From Raillietiella orientalis (lineage: Eukaryota), in contig JAYWIR010000002.1 of the NCBI GenBank assembly GCA_036172245.1, positions 6,634,001 through 6,698,000 on the forward strand: DNA of 64,000 nt. The letters run 5' to 3'. Below the pieces are notes generated by a model that was given only the letters and a program-made list of their open reading frames with translations, did no database searches and was not told the DNA's origin. Below are positions 1-13,189 of this stretch, in pieces; the stretch's first letter is position 1; every line of letters starts with the position of its first letter. Position numbers and translations under genes: made by a program.

Positions 1-1000
1 GGCTATTGGTCTTCGCGCGCGAGGGTTCCTCCCTGGACTCTTCAATCGGGAGGGCCTCGCTTTCATCCGCGCGATGGGTAAGCCATCAAGCATTCCCCGA
101 TAATTAGCTCGCAGGCGGTGTTCCCACCGGCGCGGAGTGCTGCGTCTACCAGGCGCAGGGGGGGTGAGGGGAGCCCTCGCAGGACTGGAGCGATTCCCAT
201 CCGGAGGAACAATGGCCTCCACCTCCGAGGAAATTTATGTTTTCGTTTTTGTTCCGCCTCATTGTCCACCTCCCTCTCTGCGCGTCTTCTGTCTTTTTTT
301 GGGCCTCATTGTGAGGCGCCGAGATGTTTACGGGGTCCCATCCGACCTCCTGAGAAACCGACAACGCCGGTCCTCTCTTGCTGCGGGACACAAAACGCGG
401 AGCTACCACCAAAGCCACCACCTGGGACTCGCGGAGCACGTCGCCAAGGGAACCCGGGGGGCCTCATTCAAGAGGAGTAGTGATGTATGGCTGAAAGGCG
501 CGCGCGACGGTCAGCGAACCGTGCGCACAGAGACCGAGGCTGCCCTTGGCAGGTCGTGCGCGCTCTCTCCCGCGGAGCCAACACGGAACGGAGGTCAAAC
601 CAGAGGAACGGCCCCGTTCTCTCCTCCTCCGTGCCAGGCGGCATCTCCCACTCCCCGCCTTCCTCCCCACCGACGGGAAGAATCGAAATCTGACCCGCGT
701 CCGGAACCGCCCCTGGTCTATCTTGGCTGATTCGTAGGCACGAAGAGCACGCCTCCGGCTCCCGAGGAAAGCGCAGAAGCAGTAGCAGCAGCCCGCGGGC
801 AGCAGTTCTTGGACGGGGGCAAAGAGGAAGAGGCGTTGACCCCCACGTGGGATTTCATTCCCAGGGGAGAAGACTTCGAAGGCAGCATTCCCGATCCTTC
901 CTGAAGGAGCGCATGCTTTCGCCCCTGTGGAGCTTTGGATCCTCTAGCAGCTCTTCTCCCTCCGTTTCTTCCATCCATCAAGCTAGAGACGAGACCCTCT
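1..1000 (+). mobile_element. Degenerate DIRS-type element, 3' part (RT end, RNase H, YR start); runs off the window edge
   Basis: SARLLSFFG, HVAKGTRG..DVWL, QQFLDG..TPTWDF (~800-857; matches the RFxKG..PTWD motif at the YR N-terminus). Confidence 0.55.
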
Positions 1001-3019
1001 TCCAGCTGCTTCCGCGAAAGAATCAACAACAGATGAAGAAGAAGAGGTAGTAATTGCGTTTGTCAAACAAGAAGTGCTGCCAAATTAATGGATTCTTAAC
1101 GGGAGCGGCAAGCCGAATGTCCTTCCTCCGCCACCCAGGAACACGTGCATTAATTGCACGGTTCGCACGCATGGGTGCGTTCCCTCTTGTTTATCCGAAG
1201 CATCTGCTTAGAGCGCGCGCATCCGAAGCGAGGAATGCGCGCTGCGCGCATTCTTGCTGCGCGACAAACCCGAGCACAGCCAGCGGTCGTGGTAGTCCAG
1301 CGGCCTCCCTTGGAGCTCGCGCGCGCACACGCGCGGAAGGAGGGAGGCAGGGAAGGGGGGATGACCGCAGGGCAGGCCCCGCTCGGGGCGTGGCAGGATC
1401 CCTCCCGCGCGGCCCTCCCGCGAAGCCATCGGAACCTCGGAAGCGGAGCCGCAAGAGATCGGCTGACCGCGGCAGTAATTTGTTCGGTTTACAAGCCTCC
1501 GAAAGGTCACTCCCCGTTCCGTAAACAACGGGTAATGGAATTTGCGGGTCACCGTAAACTTTTGCGCGGATTCAATTAGGCCCAAATCAATAAGGCGCGC
1601 TTCGTGGCCGGGGTTGTTTACCGGCGGGCGGCCACGAGGGCGCGCGCGTGCTCTCCCGGACGCTTTTCAGAGTCCTGGGAGGAACGGGTGGTTCTGCGAG
1701 CGCGGAAAGGTTTCGGGAGTGGGAACGACGCGGCCAGCCCTGCTTCCTGCGCCGCTCTCGACCCACTCCTCTAGCCAGCCCCCCGACCTAGATGGCTGGC
1801 GCGGCATTCCTCCTCTTCCCATTCAGGACCCTCTTTGTTTTACTCCGCAAGCTGTTCCCGCTCATAAAAAGATCCCGGATGCCCGCCCAGGAAGCTCGAA
1901 TTCATTACATCCTCCGTCACCCAAGGCGAGTACATTAAAATCCGCATCGCAAGGAGGCATTGTGAACGCGGCTCTTCGGGAGGGAGACCTCCCTCCCGAC
2001 GAGCCGTTCCAGCTCAGGAGAGCGGGAGTCCGTTAGGCAATTCCGCGCATGCGCGGGGCGGGAGTCTCCCTCCGCGCGGACGGCGGCGTCGGCACGGGAC
2101 GCGCTTTCGCCGCTTCCCTCGGGCAAGGGCTTCGGTCGCGTTTCGAGCTGGCCGAGACGATTCCTGCGGGAGCGCGTGCCAGGTAGTCAGAGCCCTTGAG
2201 AGTCCTTTGTCTCTTGCCGTGTGCAGGGCCACACCGGCGAGGCCCGCTCGCCGGTGTGGTCCTGCTGCCCGTTGGTGCCTTGTCCGGTGCCGCCTGTCGG
2301 CGCCGCCCACCTGCAGCTGCCTGTAGGACCAGCAACGAACGGGAAGGGCGGAAGCCCGCGGTCCGCGCTCCCCCTGGAAGACGCGGGAGTGACGCTGCCC
2401 CCTCCCGACTTCGCGTACCGCGAGCCTCTCCTTGACACCACACACCCGCCCCTCCCTCCCTCTGGAAGGGAAGCGAATTCCGGAAACGCTTCCGCTCGCC
2501 GGCGTCGCCGGGGGGCTGCTGGCTGTGCCGAGAAAACTGGGGAACGCGCGAAGGCAAGAAGCGGCGGCGAGACGGGAGCAAGTTGCCCAGTCAGGGTCCG
2601 TCCGCTCCCGGAACCAGAGCGTAGACCCGCGGGGTTCGTTCGCCGCCGGTCGGGTCTCTTTCTTCACGCGAATCTCCGACGGCGGTTGCTGCTGGACGCT
2701 TCGCAGACACCTTCAGACATGGGTGGCGGAGGTCCACGAAACGCACCGAAATCCCAGCCGGGCCGTGCGAGTGCCCCGAGGAAACCATTCCTTGGTTTGC
2801 CCGAATAAAGCAAAGCATAAATTGGGGCTACTTTGCTCTTGATGAAAGCATTTAGCGGGAAGTAAAGGTGTGGTTTTTAGACAACTGGATTTTTTTGTTT
2901 TCCTTTTCAAAAAAAGGGATGTGGGGATGGGGAAACCAGGGGAGGGAGGGCTTTCAGTGCTGCGATTAAAAAGCCGTGGTCTTTGAGCGACGTGACACAA
3001 ACAAGCTCTCGCATCCGAA

Positions 3020-4700
3020 CGTGTGCCTCTCTTATTCTCCCGCGTGGTTGCGGCTTGTTGAAAACGCAACGCGCCGTTTCTTAGCTCTCTGCGCAGCCTC
3101 TCCTCACCTTCGCTCGAAGGCCGCAGAGAAAGAGCAGAGCCCTCTCTGCCCGCGCTCGTGTAGAGATTTCCTAACGGTCCTCGCGCGCCGCGCCGTCCAT
3201 AAAGACCCGCGGGAACCTCCGCAGCCCTGTCGAAGTTGTCGGGGAGGGAGGCCCCCGCAAGCGATGCCGCTGGACGGACGTCCCCTGCTCTTGACCCCCT
3301 CCCCCCCTTCTTCAGCACGGCCGCGAAGAGCTCTCGCCATCCGCCTGCGTGCTCGCTCGCCGGAAAATGCATATTCTCGCGTGAGCAGGCAGCAGCCTCG
3401 GCCTTCCTTCCTTCCTTCCTCCTGGAGGGAGGACGGCGGCGTCCTTTCGGTTCTTCAGCGCGTCGCATCGGAAGCTCCGAGTTGGCTGCTTGACACCTCC
3501 AGCCATTACGCGGCGTGGCGCGTCCGTTTATGGCGTTTCGGAGCGAGGGTTCGGTGCAGACAGGGCAGGCAGGCAGCGACAGGCGGTTGCCAGGTTGGTC
3601 TTACGTCTCACCCTCGACGGCTGAGCGCGGACGTCAGCCGCGCTGACTTCAGGACCGCAAAGTTGTCGTCGAGATGAGCGGGCGGGTGCTGCCGGGAAGA
3701 CGGTCCTCGGTTCGCTATTCTCCCCTCCCCCCTTCCTTCCCCCTTGTCCCCGGGCTCCTCGCGAGCGCCTTTCACCCGGAATACCGAGCTTGCAGGAGGG
3801 TCTCCAGGAGCGGAACATCCCACCTGGATTAGCTGAACAGCGAATCGGTGAACCTGCAAGCGGCGGGCTCATTACTTGATCCCGTCATTACACGGGCGCC
3901 GCTTGGTAATCCTTCTCCTTCCCGGTTCCAGCCCGCGCGCGATCGTCGTTTTCTATTTACATCCGCACGTCACTCTTCCTTTCACAGAGGAGTCCCGCAC
4001 CGACGACGGATGAAAGGAAACCTGTCAAAACCTCTTCGCGTTCGCGGTAAAGGAAGCTGACGGAGGCGATCCAGCAGATGAACTCGCCTTTCGGCGAACC
4101 GGTCAAAAGGGTGTTTTCCGACGTCCGGAAGTTTCGATATCCCAGCGAAGAGCCAGGGATGCGGGGTGCGACCTCTCCGAGGGGAATCCCGCAGTCGTTG
4201 CCGTGCAACGGGAGCGGTTCCTCTAGAACGACCGAGCTGCTGGAAATTTTTACTGCCCTCAGTTCCGTCCTAGAAGAATGCAGGGACCGCAAGTTGGTTG
4301 CAGCGGCGCCGCAGCGATCCAGGAGGCGGATTCGGTGCACCGTTCAGAGACGCCGTCGACACCCCATCCGGGTTGTTTGCTTCCTAGAAGTGCGCAAGGT
4401 CAGTCGGTAAGCCCCACGATCGTACTCGGAGCTGGGAAAAACGGCTCCGTCCCGTCTTTTTTGTGACTGACGTGCTCCGTTCCCGCCTTTCCTATCCGCA
4501 ATCCCTCAAGCCGACGTGCTCCCGAAGTCACTCCCAGGTCGGGACCCCCCGAGCGCGACTTGTTCAGAGCTTCGCTCCTCGACTGGCTGGAGAATTCTCT
4601 TCCTGCCCGAAGGAGAGCCTCGCTGCTCATCCCAGGCGCCGCGTACCAACAGCAGTCGGTGATGGCAGCTTGTCGGGAGCATGGAAAATTTCGACAACTG
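3020..4700 (+). mobile_element. Degenerate DIRS-type RT and RNase H
   Basis: ORF 2976-3677 reads SPAWLRL..VLARRAV..DGRPL..ENAYSRV..FLPSSWRE..LSVL..SEAPSWL in RT motif order. ORF 4078-4410 has VFSDV and SSRTTELLEIFTALSS..RDRKLV (RNase H). Confidence 0.7.
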
Positions 4701-5337
4701 GATTATTGGATTATTACAGGACTTGCTGCGTTCTCCCCCTTCCCTCCTTCCTGCCACCCCTGGCCGTTGCCAGAAGTTTTTCTGCCGTGCGTTTTGCCTT
4801 TCGAAAATCGATTCAGCATGCACCGTTGTGTTCCCGCAGATAGCTGGCAGTAGCTGAAAGGCGGGGATCGTCGAAAATTCAGATTCCTTCGGGAGGGCCT
4901 TTCGGCAAATGGATGGAAATAAAAACGTGCGTTCCCATGCAGCGAGACTAACGAAGTGTTGCCGATCGTGATGTTTTCATTCTCCTTGGAGAATATGCTA
5001 ATCGCGAAAGAGCGGACCATTCACTCTTTGCTTCTCCGGTACTGACTTTCAAATGGGGTCCACCTGACCGAGGGAAGTGACGGATTCAAAGCTGCTCCCT
5101 CGAACTCCAGGCTGTCCACGGGAGAGGGGGGAGGGGGGGAAGGAAACCAGCACAGTCGGAGCGGCCCTATTGTGACGCGGATGCTGATTGTCCTTTGAGG
5201 TTTCGGGTGCCACGAAGCGCGCCATGCGTGCGTTCGAAATGAAACCCTCGACTTGAAGACCGAATGCTAATGAAGCGACTTTCAGGTTGAAGCGGCGCTG
5301 CACGCACAAACGCGGGGCGTTTGTAATCATTCCCAGG

Positions 5338-5385
5338 GTTTTTTTTTTTTTGTTGTTGCTGTTGTTGTTGTTGTTGTTGTTGTTG
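5338..5385. repeat. Poly-T followed by a (TTG)n microsatellite
   Basis: Directly visible. Confidence 0.9.
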
Positions 5386-5759
5386 CAGTTCGAGGCCATC
5401 TACCGACATCACCGGGACCTCTTTCTCTCGATTTCTCTGTGGTGTCTTCGACAACTCCTTCCGGAGAAGAGATGGTGGAATGATGGAGGGAAAGCGGGGG
5501 GAGGGGGAAGGAAATGGAATGATGAGGTCTTCCTTCGAAAAGTCTGATCCGAGTGGGTTTCTCGTCCGGCGCTGTCGGACCCCATTTACCCTGCTGTAAT
5601 TCAGCTGCGCCCCAGGAAGAATAAACACACCCTCGTCGCGTGAAAGGCAGCAATCGCTTAAACCTCAAAGAGCGCTTTTCGCCTACGCCGAGAAGCATTC
5701 TCTGTGAGAAATTCTCTGAGGAAATCCTCTGGGAAGTGGAACTTGCCCTCGGCGTCTCA

Positions 5760-5990
5760 ACCCATTCCCGCTTTCGTGGATGAATGGCGGCGGAAAGCAA
5801 AGGAAGCCAAGCAGGAGAGCGCTCGAAATAAGGTCAAACGGTTCGCTTTCCGTCAACATTTTGCACAAGAGCGTGCTTTCCCCCCCCCTGCCATCCCTCC
5901 CTCCCGCAGCAGCATCTGAGAATCGAGGTATCCTTCCCGATGAATGAGGAAGGCCATGGATCTACCTCGGCGCTGCAGGAAATAAAACAC
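5760..5990 (+). mobile_element. Possible DIRS pre-RT fragment
   Basis: IPAFVDEWRR..HF..FPPP resembles LxxFxxxW..LEF..PP. Confidence 0.3.
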
Positions 5991-7074
5991 TCGGATCCAT
6001 TCGGATTCAATGAAAAGGTTATAGAGAAAAGAGTTTCCCACAACAGGGCATGAAAGAGAATGTGTAAACACCGGCAGTGGATCTCCGCGAGCTTTCAGAA
6101 CGAGGAAGGCAATTAACAGCGGTTTTCAAAAGAAATGAGACATTCTAATGATGGAGGCAATTACGTTTCGTTTATCCAACGCAGGAGGAAAAGTCCAGAG
6201 GTTAACCTCAATGAGGTTTGTCCATGAGACGGTGTTTACGCAAGAATATTGAAGACCGTTTATAAATGGCAGTACTCGTGCCAGTCTGTAGGAATCCAAG
6301 TAGCTGATGAGGCACTCGAGTGCCTTTCGCCTCGGACTCTGGGCAGCGAAAAATCCACTCCTCCTCCTCCTCCCCGTTCGCGCCTCTCCGATTCAGCAGC
6401 TTCCCTCCGCATCGACATGCTCATTTCTGCTCGCTTAAATTGACTGTGAAGCCTCAGAAAGCGGCGCGCACCTTCCCATCCCGCAAGGAAAGGCCTCCTT
6501 TGCGTCATTGTGCGAAATACAATGAATTTTTTTTTTTATCCCTTTTCCCTCCTCTTGCGGGCAAGCGAAGTGCAGCTGTCGCTCCCGTGGTGCTCTTCAT
6601 CGTGGACAAAGTGTGCGCAGCTTCGTTTTCGAACCTTCGGACGAACGCTCGAGCAGGAAGAGGTGGCGCATGCGCGTGCGGATGTTACTTGCGGAGGCGG
6701 AGGAGAATGGGAGGGGGAGAGGGAGAGAGAAAAAAAAAAAAAAAAAAAAACATGGCGGTGGGTGGGCGGCACATCGTGGGAGACCGAGGGTGTCTCCGGG
6801 ACGCGACCTTCGCGGCCCGTTGCAGACGACGATGCCCCGAGTTCTTCCGCAACACGTGCCCCCTTGATGGAGGCTCGCGGGGAGGCAGACTCTCGTGCAG
6901 AAGTGGTCGTGGAGCCTCGCGTGCTGCAGGACCGGATGAAGGCTGCCGATGTTCATGGAGGCTGCTCCCGGCGGCACCTGTTTCCCGTGGATGTAGCTTG
7001 ACAAGCGAAGAAGTCCTAGGGAACCATCAGGGAGCGGACCCGAGGGATTTCGGGTCGAAGAGATGCTCGATGTA

Positions 7075-7330
7075 GGCGGATCCTCCGCATCCATGAAAAT
7101 ATTTGAACAAATGATGTATTCAAATATTTTTGTGTTACATAATAATATTAAAATTATGTAAATTTATGCTAACTTATATTAATTAATTAATTTATATTAA
7201 AACTTACAAAACACAAAATATTTTAACTCCAAATTATTTTAGAAGCACTATTAATTCGTGTTTTGTTTTATTAGAGTGAAATTGACATTAATGCTAGATG
7301 TTGATGGGTCAAATAAAAATGATTGCTTTT
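7075..7330. other. AT-rich island with stacked palindromes
   Basis: 12 bp IR 7096-7107/7119-7130; 9 bp IR 7135-7143/7153-7161; palindrome attaattaattaat 7178-7191; near-IR 7122-7135/7211-7224. Confidence 0.9.
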
Positions 7331-7649
7331 TCTTTTCTTTTTTTTGGCTCACGTTTCTTCTTGCGTTCCGCTCGGAGGCATGGAAACGAAACTGTGGTGA
7401 CCGGGAAAGATCGTTGTCCACGTCAACGCACGAGGGGGCCACTCGGTTCTCCCACCGGGCAATCGATAGGGGCGCTCCTCGCACCCACGCGGCGTCTTCG
7501 CGAGGCGACGCGGACGGCCTCCGACAGCAGCGCCTTCCGCAGGGGGCTCGACGTCCGGAGCGGGCCGGGGCAGAAAGACGAGGCCGGGCCAGGAAGGCAG
7601 GCTCGGGATCTGTCGAAGGAAGGAAAACTCTGCGATGTGTTCCATAATT

Positions 7650-9750
7650 AATCGTCCTCGCTTCCGGCCTTCCTGCGAACCGCGCTCCGGGCTTTCGGGA
7701 AATGACTGGCGTCCCCGTCCGCGGGCTGCGGTTCGTCTTCGAGGATGCAGAGTCCTCCCGATGAAAATCGCACGCCAGGAAACAGATGAACGTTCGGGTT
7801 GCCTGAGGTGCCCCCTCTCCTTCTCCCGCAAGCATCCGTTTCCGCATCTTCCGGACATCGTCCGCTCCGCGCGCCAGTACTCGCACGTGTACTGCGGAAC
7901 CTGGAAGCACGATGGCGGGTGACGCAACCGCGGCGAAGAGAGAGCCCCGCGGAGCACTCGCGATGTGCCAACCTGCAAGAGATGTTCTCCGCTTGCAGCT
8001 CTTGCGTTCGGGACCTCCTTCCCACCCTCGCGAAATGGATGCTCCCATTCACAGCCCGTGTCTCCCTCATTTATTAATGACTTTAATGATTTCATGTTCC
8101 GTCACTTGCTTCCCGTCAGCCTAATCACGCGTGTGAGCTGTCCATCCATCAGGGAAGGAAAGGCAGAGCGCGCGTCCCTATTCAATATGGCAACACGTAG
8201 CTTTATTCACACCATCGCGTCCTTGTTTGCTCCTGTCTCATCTTTCTTGCTCTATCTCGATTCCTCGGGGAACGAGAAAAACTAGTTTACCGTTCTCGCA
8301 TCTCTGGTCGTCACTCCCCTGCTTACCAGGATGCCGCAGCACGTTCGCCAAGTTGCCATGGGATCGCGCGATAGGGCGGATGCGGAATTTTCGTTTCTTT
8401 CCTTTTTTTTTTTTTTTTTTTTTTATTTTTGCATGCGGAAGGATTCGCCGGCTTCTCAGTTGCGCGCTTCCGGCTTACACGGTGAGTCCCCATCTGCCGG
8501 AGTTTCGCGAGGAAGATGTCCCCTTGGAAACGCAAAGTCTCCGGGGAGTCGGGTTTAACAAACGCGCGCACCCAGGCAAAAGGCAGCCACGACAGAGCGA
8601 AGAAGAGTTCCTCCTCGATTGCAAACCATCGTGGGAGACCATCTCCTGTGGTGCGGGGAGGGCCGGCCGAAGACCCTTTGGGCAGCGGCGCTCAAGAGAA
8701 ACAGCATCCTCTCTGCTAGCAAGAAGTAGCAGAATTCCCTTCTCTCTCAACTGGAGCTCACACTTACGCGAGCGGATTGCTGTGTCTCCCAGAGTGATCC
8801 ACTCTCCTGCAGGCAGTTCGAGATTCTCTGCGTCCTCACTGGTCTTGGTAGGCAACGAGGACCCGCGGACGTTGTCTTGCACCAGATCCATCCGCTTTGC
8901 TGTTGCTTGGTTCCTTCTGCCTTTTCCTGTTCCTTCCTTCCTGTCTATTCCTCTTCTTCTTCTTCCTCCTCCTGTACCTTCACTCCTTACTCCACCCTCC
9001 AACGTAGTCTGGTTAAGGAATTTCCTCACCCGTCGGAGAACCAGTGGCTTCCGCATCAAGGACCTCCGCCCGTGTCCGGCAAGCCCGCTCGCAGGGTGAA
9101 TGGTGAATGGTGGCGCCGCTTCCCCTCTTTCCGCCCCTAAGTCTTGCGCGCGCACCGGCGGTCGCTGAATGGACCGCTAGGAGCGTCCGCAACGAGACAC
9201 CCTTTAGCTGCCCCTCATCCCGCGTGCCGGTTCTTCCGGGACGCTTCCTGATCTCCCAGGCGGAGGCTGTTCGCCGAGAAAGCTCGGGCTATCTCCGCTC
9301 CCCTATCCGACGTGCTGTCAGATTGCCACCGGGTCAGCCAGAGGACGCGTCCGGTCGCGCTCGTGTGAAGCCGCCGCGGCGAGCTCGACCTTGCGCGTGC
9401 GCCATCCGTGAACTGGGCCTCTGGCTTTTGCCTGACGGCCCCGCGAGCCGAGAACGTCTTCGCCGGCTTTTCCTCGACCCAAAGTCAGCGGGGTGGGGTG
9501 GGTGGTGGTGGTGGTGGGTTCTCAGAAGAACCTTTCCGAACTTTTCATCGAGGAAGGAGGTAGCGCGCCCGCGCCTAGGAACGACGCTCGAGGACGCGGA
9601 CTCCAGAGGTGGCCATCCGGAAGCATTTAAGGAACCAGCAGTCGCCACTTCGCCCTTCTCCCCCGCCGCCTGCACCCGGAGGGGACTCCACCGCAACCTG
9701 CGCGGCGCCCGCCTCCCCTCTCCTTGCTTTCTCTTCGACCCAGCATTCCT
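7650..9750 (+). mobile_element. Degenerate DIRS-type element, RT to YR
   Basis: RVLPM..PHLPDIV (RT), AHPGK, PFSLNWS..PRVI (MT-like, ~8735-8800), FLISQAEAVRRESS, CAIRELGLWL, RLFL, GTTLED (YR, 9240-9600). Confidence 0.65.
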
Positions 9751-9768
9751 TCTTTCCCTTCCTCCTCC
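9601..9768 (+). repeat. Direct repeat, copy 1 (partner 11397-11565)
   Basis: About 13 mismatches over the first ~153 nt by eye, mostly transitions. Confidence 0.95.
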
Positions 9769-10749
9769 TTCTCTCCCCTTCTTCCCTTGCTCTTCCTCTT
9801 TGCCGTCTTCTTCCTCCCTCCCTCCTCTTTCTCCTCCTTTTTTTTTTTTTTTTTTTTATCATCCTCGCAATGATGAGCCGAGCTCGGCTGCAAATCTCCG
9901 TTGAAGAGAAAATCAAACAGGCCCGCGCGTTCCCTAAGTGATGCTTTCTGATTTTTATTGGGCCGGTCTCGGGACGCCTCGGCAATAACAGCTCGAGATA
10001 AACCACTGCGCGAGTGTGTTTTGGTCCATAAATCTTCCTAATGTGGAATTCATGAACGCCTTATCTCGATGAATGCATCTCGGCGCACGTACTTCTCCCC
10101 CTCCCTCTCCTCCACCCTTCCTCCTCCTCTCCCCTCCCCCCTCTTCCCCTGCCGTTCCGGTGTGCCAACGCGTGCTCTCCGCCGGTTTCCCATGACGACG
10201 GGAATCAGCCAGAACGAAAGGTGGCGCGCGCGGGGAGGAGGGCGGGAGAGGGCGAGGAAGGGGGGGAAGGCGAAATCCGCCTTTAAAGGGCCATTTAAAG
10301 TCCGCGCCTGGCGCGGCCGCCGTTCCGTGATGTTCCCGGAAACGGGGAGCAGGCGCGCGCTCAAGGGAAGGGGAGTGGGGAGCTTTGAAAGCGTTCCAAA
10401 ACAAATTGGGGCTCGGGAAAGGGGGCAAATGGCTCCCACAGGATGGGCGATTCCCTCCTTCTCCCCCTTCACCGCCGCCTCCTCGCTCACAAGGCGCTGA
10501 CGACGTGGCTGATCGGGAGGCTGTGTGGGCGAGCGGGCGGAGTGGGGAAGGAGCTGGCAGATAGAGGGGGAGAGGGGTCTCTCTTCCGCCTTCAAGTCCA
10601 GAGGCTGCCCTTGCCCGACGGGGGCGCCTTGCTCTCCCTCCTTTCCTCCCTCCCCCTCGAATGCACGTGGAAGACCTCACTGCGTAGCGCGTGCGGAGGT
10701 CCATGCAGGCGGTGGCTGCCCCACGACCCGTCATTCGGGAGGTTTCGCC

Positions 10750-11560
10750 TCGGGTGAGACCTTCGGGCTTCCAGCCACCTTCAAGAGCCGCTATCGGATG
10801 TCTCCAGCCGTCTCGCGCGCGACCGGATTGCCCCTGTCGCTGGGCGTCGCCGCAAGATCGCGCAGTCTCTCCGCGCTCCCTTTCGATCCATCCCGGAGAG
10901 GGATGGGGAAGGAAGTCACCTGACGCGGGCGCGCCGGGTAGATGGAAGAGGAGGGGAAACGCCACTCCGAGGGAACGCCCTCTTCGTCCGGAAGCCCATC
11001 GGGGGAAGTGGAGATCCCGGCAGTGCCGCGAGGGAGCCGTCGGCGCGGCATGGAAACCCGGAGGCACCCACTGGCAGACAGCGGCGGCGGTGGCGGCGGC
11101 TTCTCCGCTCCTGCTGCTTCCTTCCCCGCTCTTCGCTCTTTTCTCCTCTCTGACGCACCAGCGCCGGGTCAACGGACAGATAGGAGGCTTCGATCCCGTG
11201 ATCCCAGACGGCGACCACGCTCAGGGCGCAGCAAGAAGGCTGCGCACGTTGGGGATCGAGCGTGCCCCTCTCCTGGGCACAACACGCCGAGCACAGGAGT
11301 CCCCTCCCCACGTCGAGAGCGACGTTTTAAGGGCGCGCTCGCAATTGCTCCGCTGCCACCCCGCGCACGCCTCCTCGTCATGATGAGCCGAGAAATCTCC
11401 AGAGGCGGCCATCCAGGAGCTCTTGAGGGACCAGCGGTCACCACTTCGCCCTTCTCCCCCTCCGCCCGCACCCGGAGGAGACTCCACCGCAACCTGCGCG
11501 GCGCCCGCCTCCCCTCTTCTTGCTTTCTCTTCGACCCAGCATTCCTTCTCTCCCCTTCCT
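10750..11560 (+). mobile_element. Compressed DIRS-type relic (RNase H end, YR)
   Basis: RWAS..LSIHPG, FALFSSLTHQRRVNG (YR box I-like); its 3' end is homologous to 9601-9768. Confidence 0.45.
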
Positions 11561-11565
11561 CCTCC
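11397..11565 (+). repeat. Direct repeat, copy 2 (partner 9601-9768)
   Basis: Same alignment as copy 1. Confidence 0.95.
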
Positions 11566-13189
11566 ATCCTTTCTCCTTTGCTGTCCTCCTCCACGGGAGG
11601 AGGTGGAATACGAAAGAGCTGGACCGCACGTTGTGGGAGCCGAAAACTCCCGGAAATGGACTCCCCTCCCGACCCCGAAAGGGATCCACATCCGGCAAAA
11701 CGAAACCTCCACGGAGAAGCGACGCATCCCGTTTTTTTTTTTTTTTTTTTCTTTTCCTCTCCCCCCCTTTTTTCAGTCTCTTTCAGTGGCGCCATCCCCT
11801 TTTTTCCACTTTTTTTCCCCTACTCCTCTTCCTCCTTCTCCTCCTTCCCATTTCTTCCCACTCTTTCATTTCTTCCCCTTTTCCTCCTCTCCTTCCTTCT
11901 TCCTCATTATCATCAATATCGCGCCTTCCTCATCCTTCTGCCAGGAAGACAGGGAGGAGAAGGAAGAGCGCTCTCACACTGCCTAACTCTCTCGGGAGAG
12001 AGGGGAGGCGCTGCGTGCCCCGGGAATAGGTCACGAGCTGAGGTCTCGGTCGAAAACGTGCAGCTTCGCTCCGGTAGCCATCCTCGGGTAGGAAACAGGA
12101 AAGATGGGTTGGGCCGGCCCCTCGAGACCCGAAAGCCAAGAGGACGATCCCTCGCTCCCTGGCGCACGCGGAGTGCGCCACCTGCCCGTCCTTTGGCTCC
12201 ACGCACCACACTCACGACTCCTTGGGAAGAAAAGAAAAAAGGGAAAAAAAGCGGGTAGGGAAAAGGAGATTTCCTCCGAAGAGGGAGTGAAAGGAAGGGG
12301 AGGTGGCCCCATCGCAGTTTGCTTAGGAGCGACGCGCGGCAACTCCGCTGCTCGACCGTCGCCGTGGACTCCAGGACTCGAAGTCAGCAGACGCCGCCCC
12401 ACCCCGCTCTTGCCTTCCCCCCACCTTGTCCCCGCGATTCGCCCTGGGAGCCTCGAGCAAAGGTTAGCTTCGGTTAAGGATCAACTCGCCTGCAACATCT
12501 CGCTTCGTTGAGTACCTCTTATTTCCTTTACCCGCCCTCCCCAAGTCAGGACCCGGAGCTGGAATCGCTCTGCGGCAAGAGACGTGAAGGGACCGAAACG
12601 GAAGGCCGGAGCGAGGACGGGAGCGCCGGAGGGGATGAGAGATGGGGAAGCACACCAGAAAAGGGAGCGGAGGGTGGAACGAAGCGAGGTGGTTCTGCCT
12701 GGGAGTCCTCCCTTTCAACCGGAGGTTCTGAGAATTCCTCCACTCCTAATGGAGGATGGGAACCGAGGAGGGCCGATCGTCCCTTAAAGAAATCGGCTGT
12801 CATCGGCGCGAATCATCCGGGAGGATTCCTCCTGTCACCCGCGCTCCCAGAGCGACCTCGAGAGCACTGACTGACTTGTGCGGTCTGCGCATCTTTCGTC
12901 GTCACATCCGCGGAGGATTCAATCAGCTGCCGCTACGGATTTACCCTGCAGATGCTTCGGGGAAAATTCTTCCCTTCCAGGAGGGAAACGGCTTCTCTTC
13001 GTCCCCTTCCTCCTGAGAAGTGCTCTGACCGACTCCAGGAGACAGCTGGGAAAGATATACGGAACTGTTCCCGAGCTGCAGGAAAAGAAATTGAGGAAAG
13101 GAGAAAGAATAGAAGAGGAGGAGATGAAGAGAGAAGGGAGGAGGAGGAAGGGGGAGATAAGGAAGAGAAAAAGAAACACATGGAGTGTG

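Noticed and set aside
5338..5390. PolyQ/polyN/polyL coding exon
   Set aside because: Simple microsatellite adjoining poly-T, with no supporting coding context.
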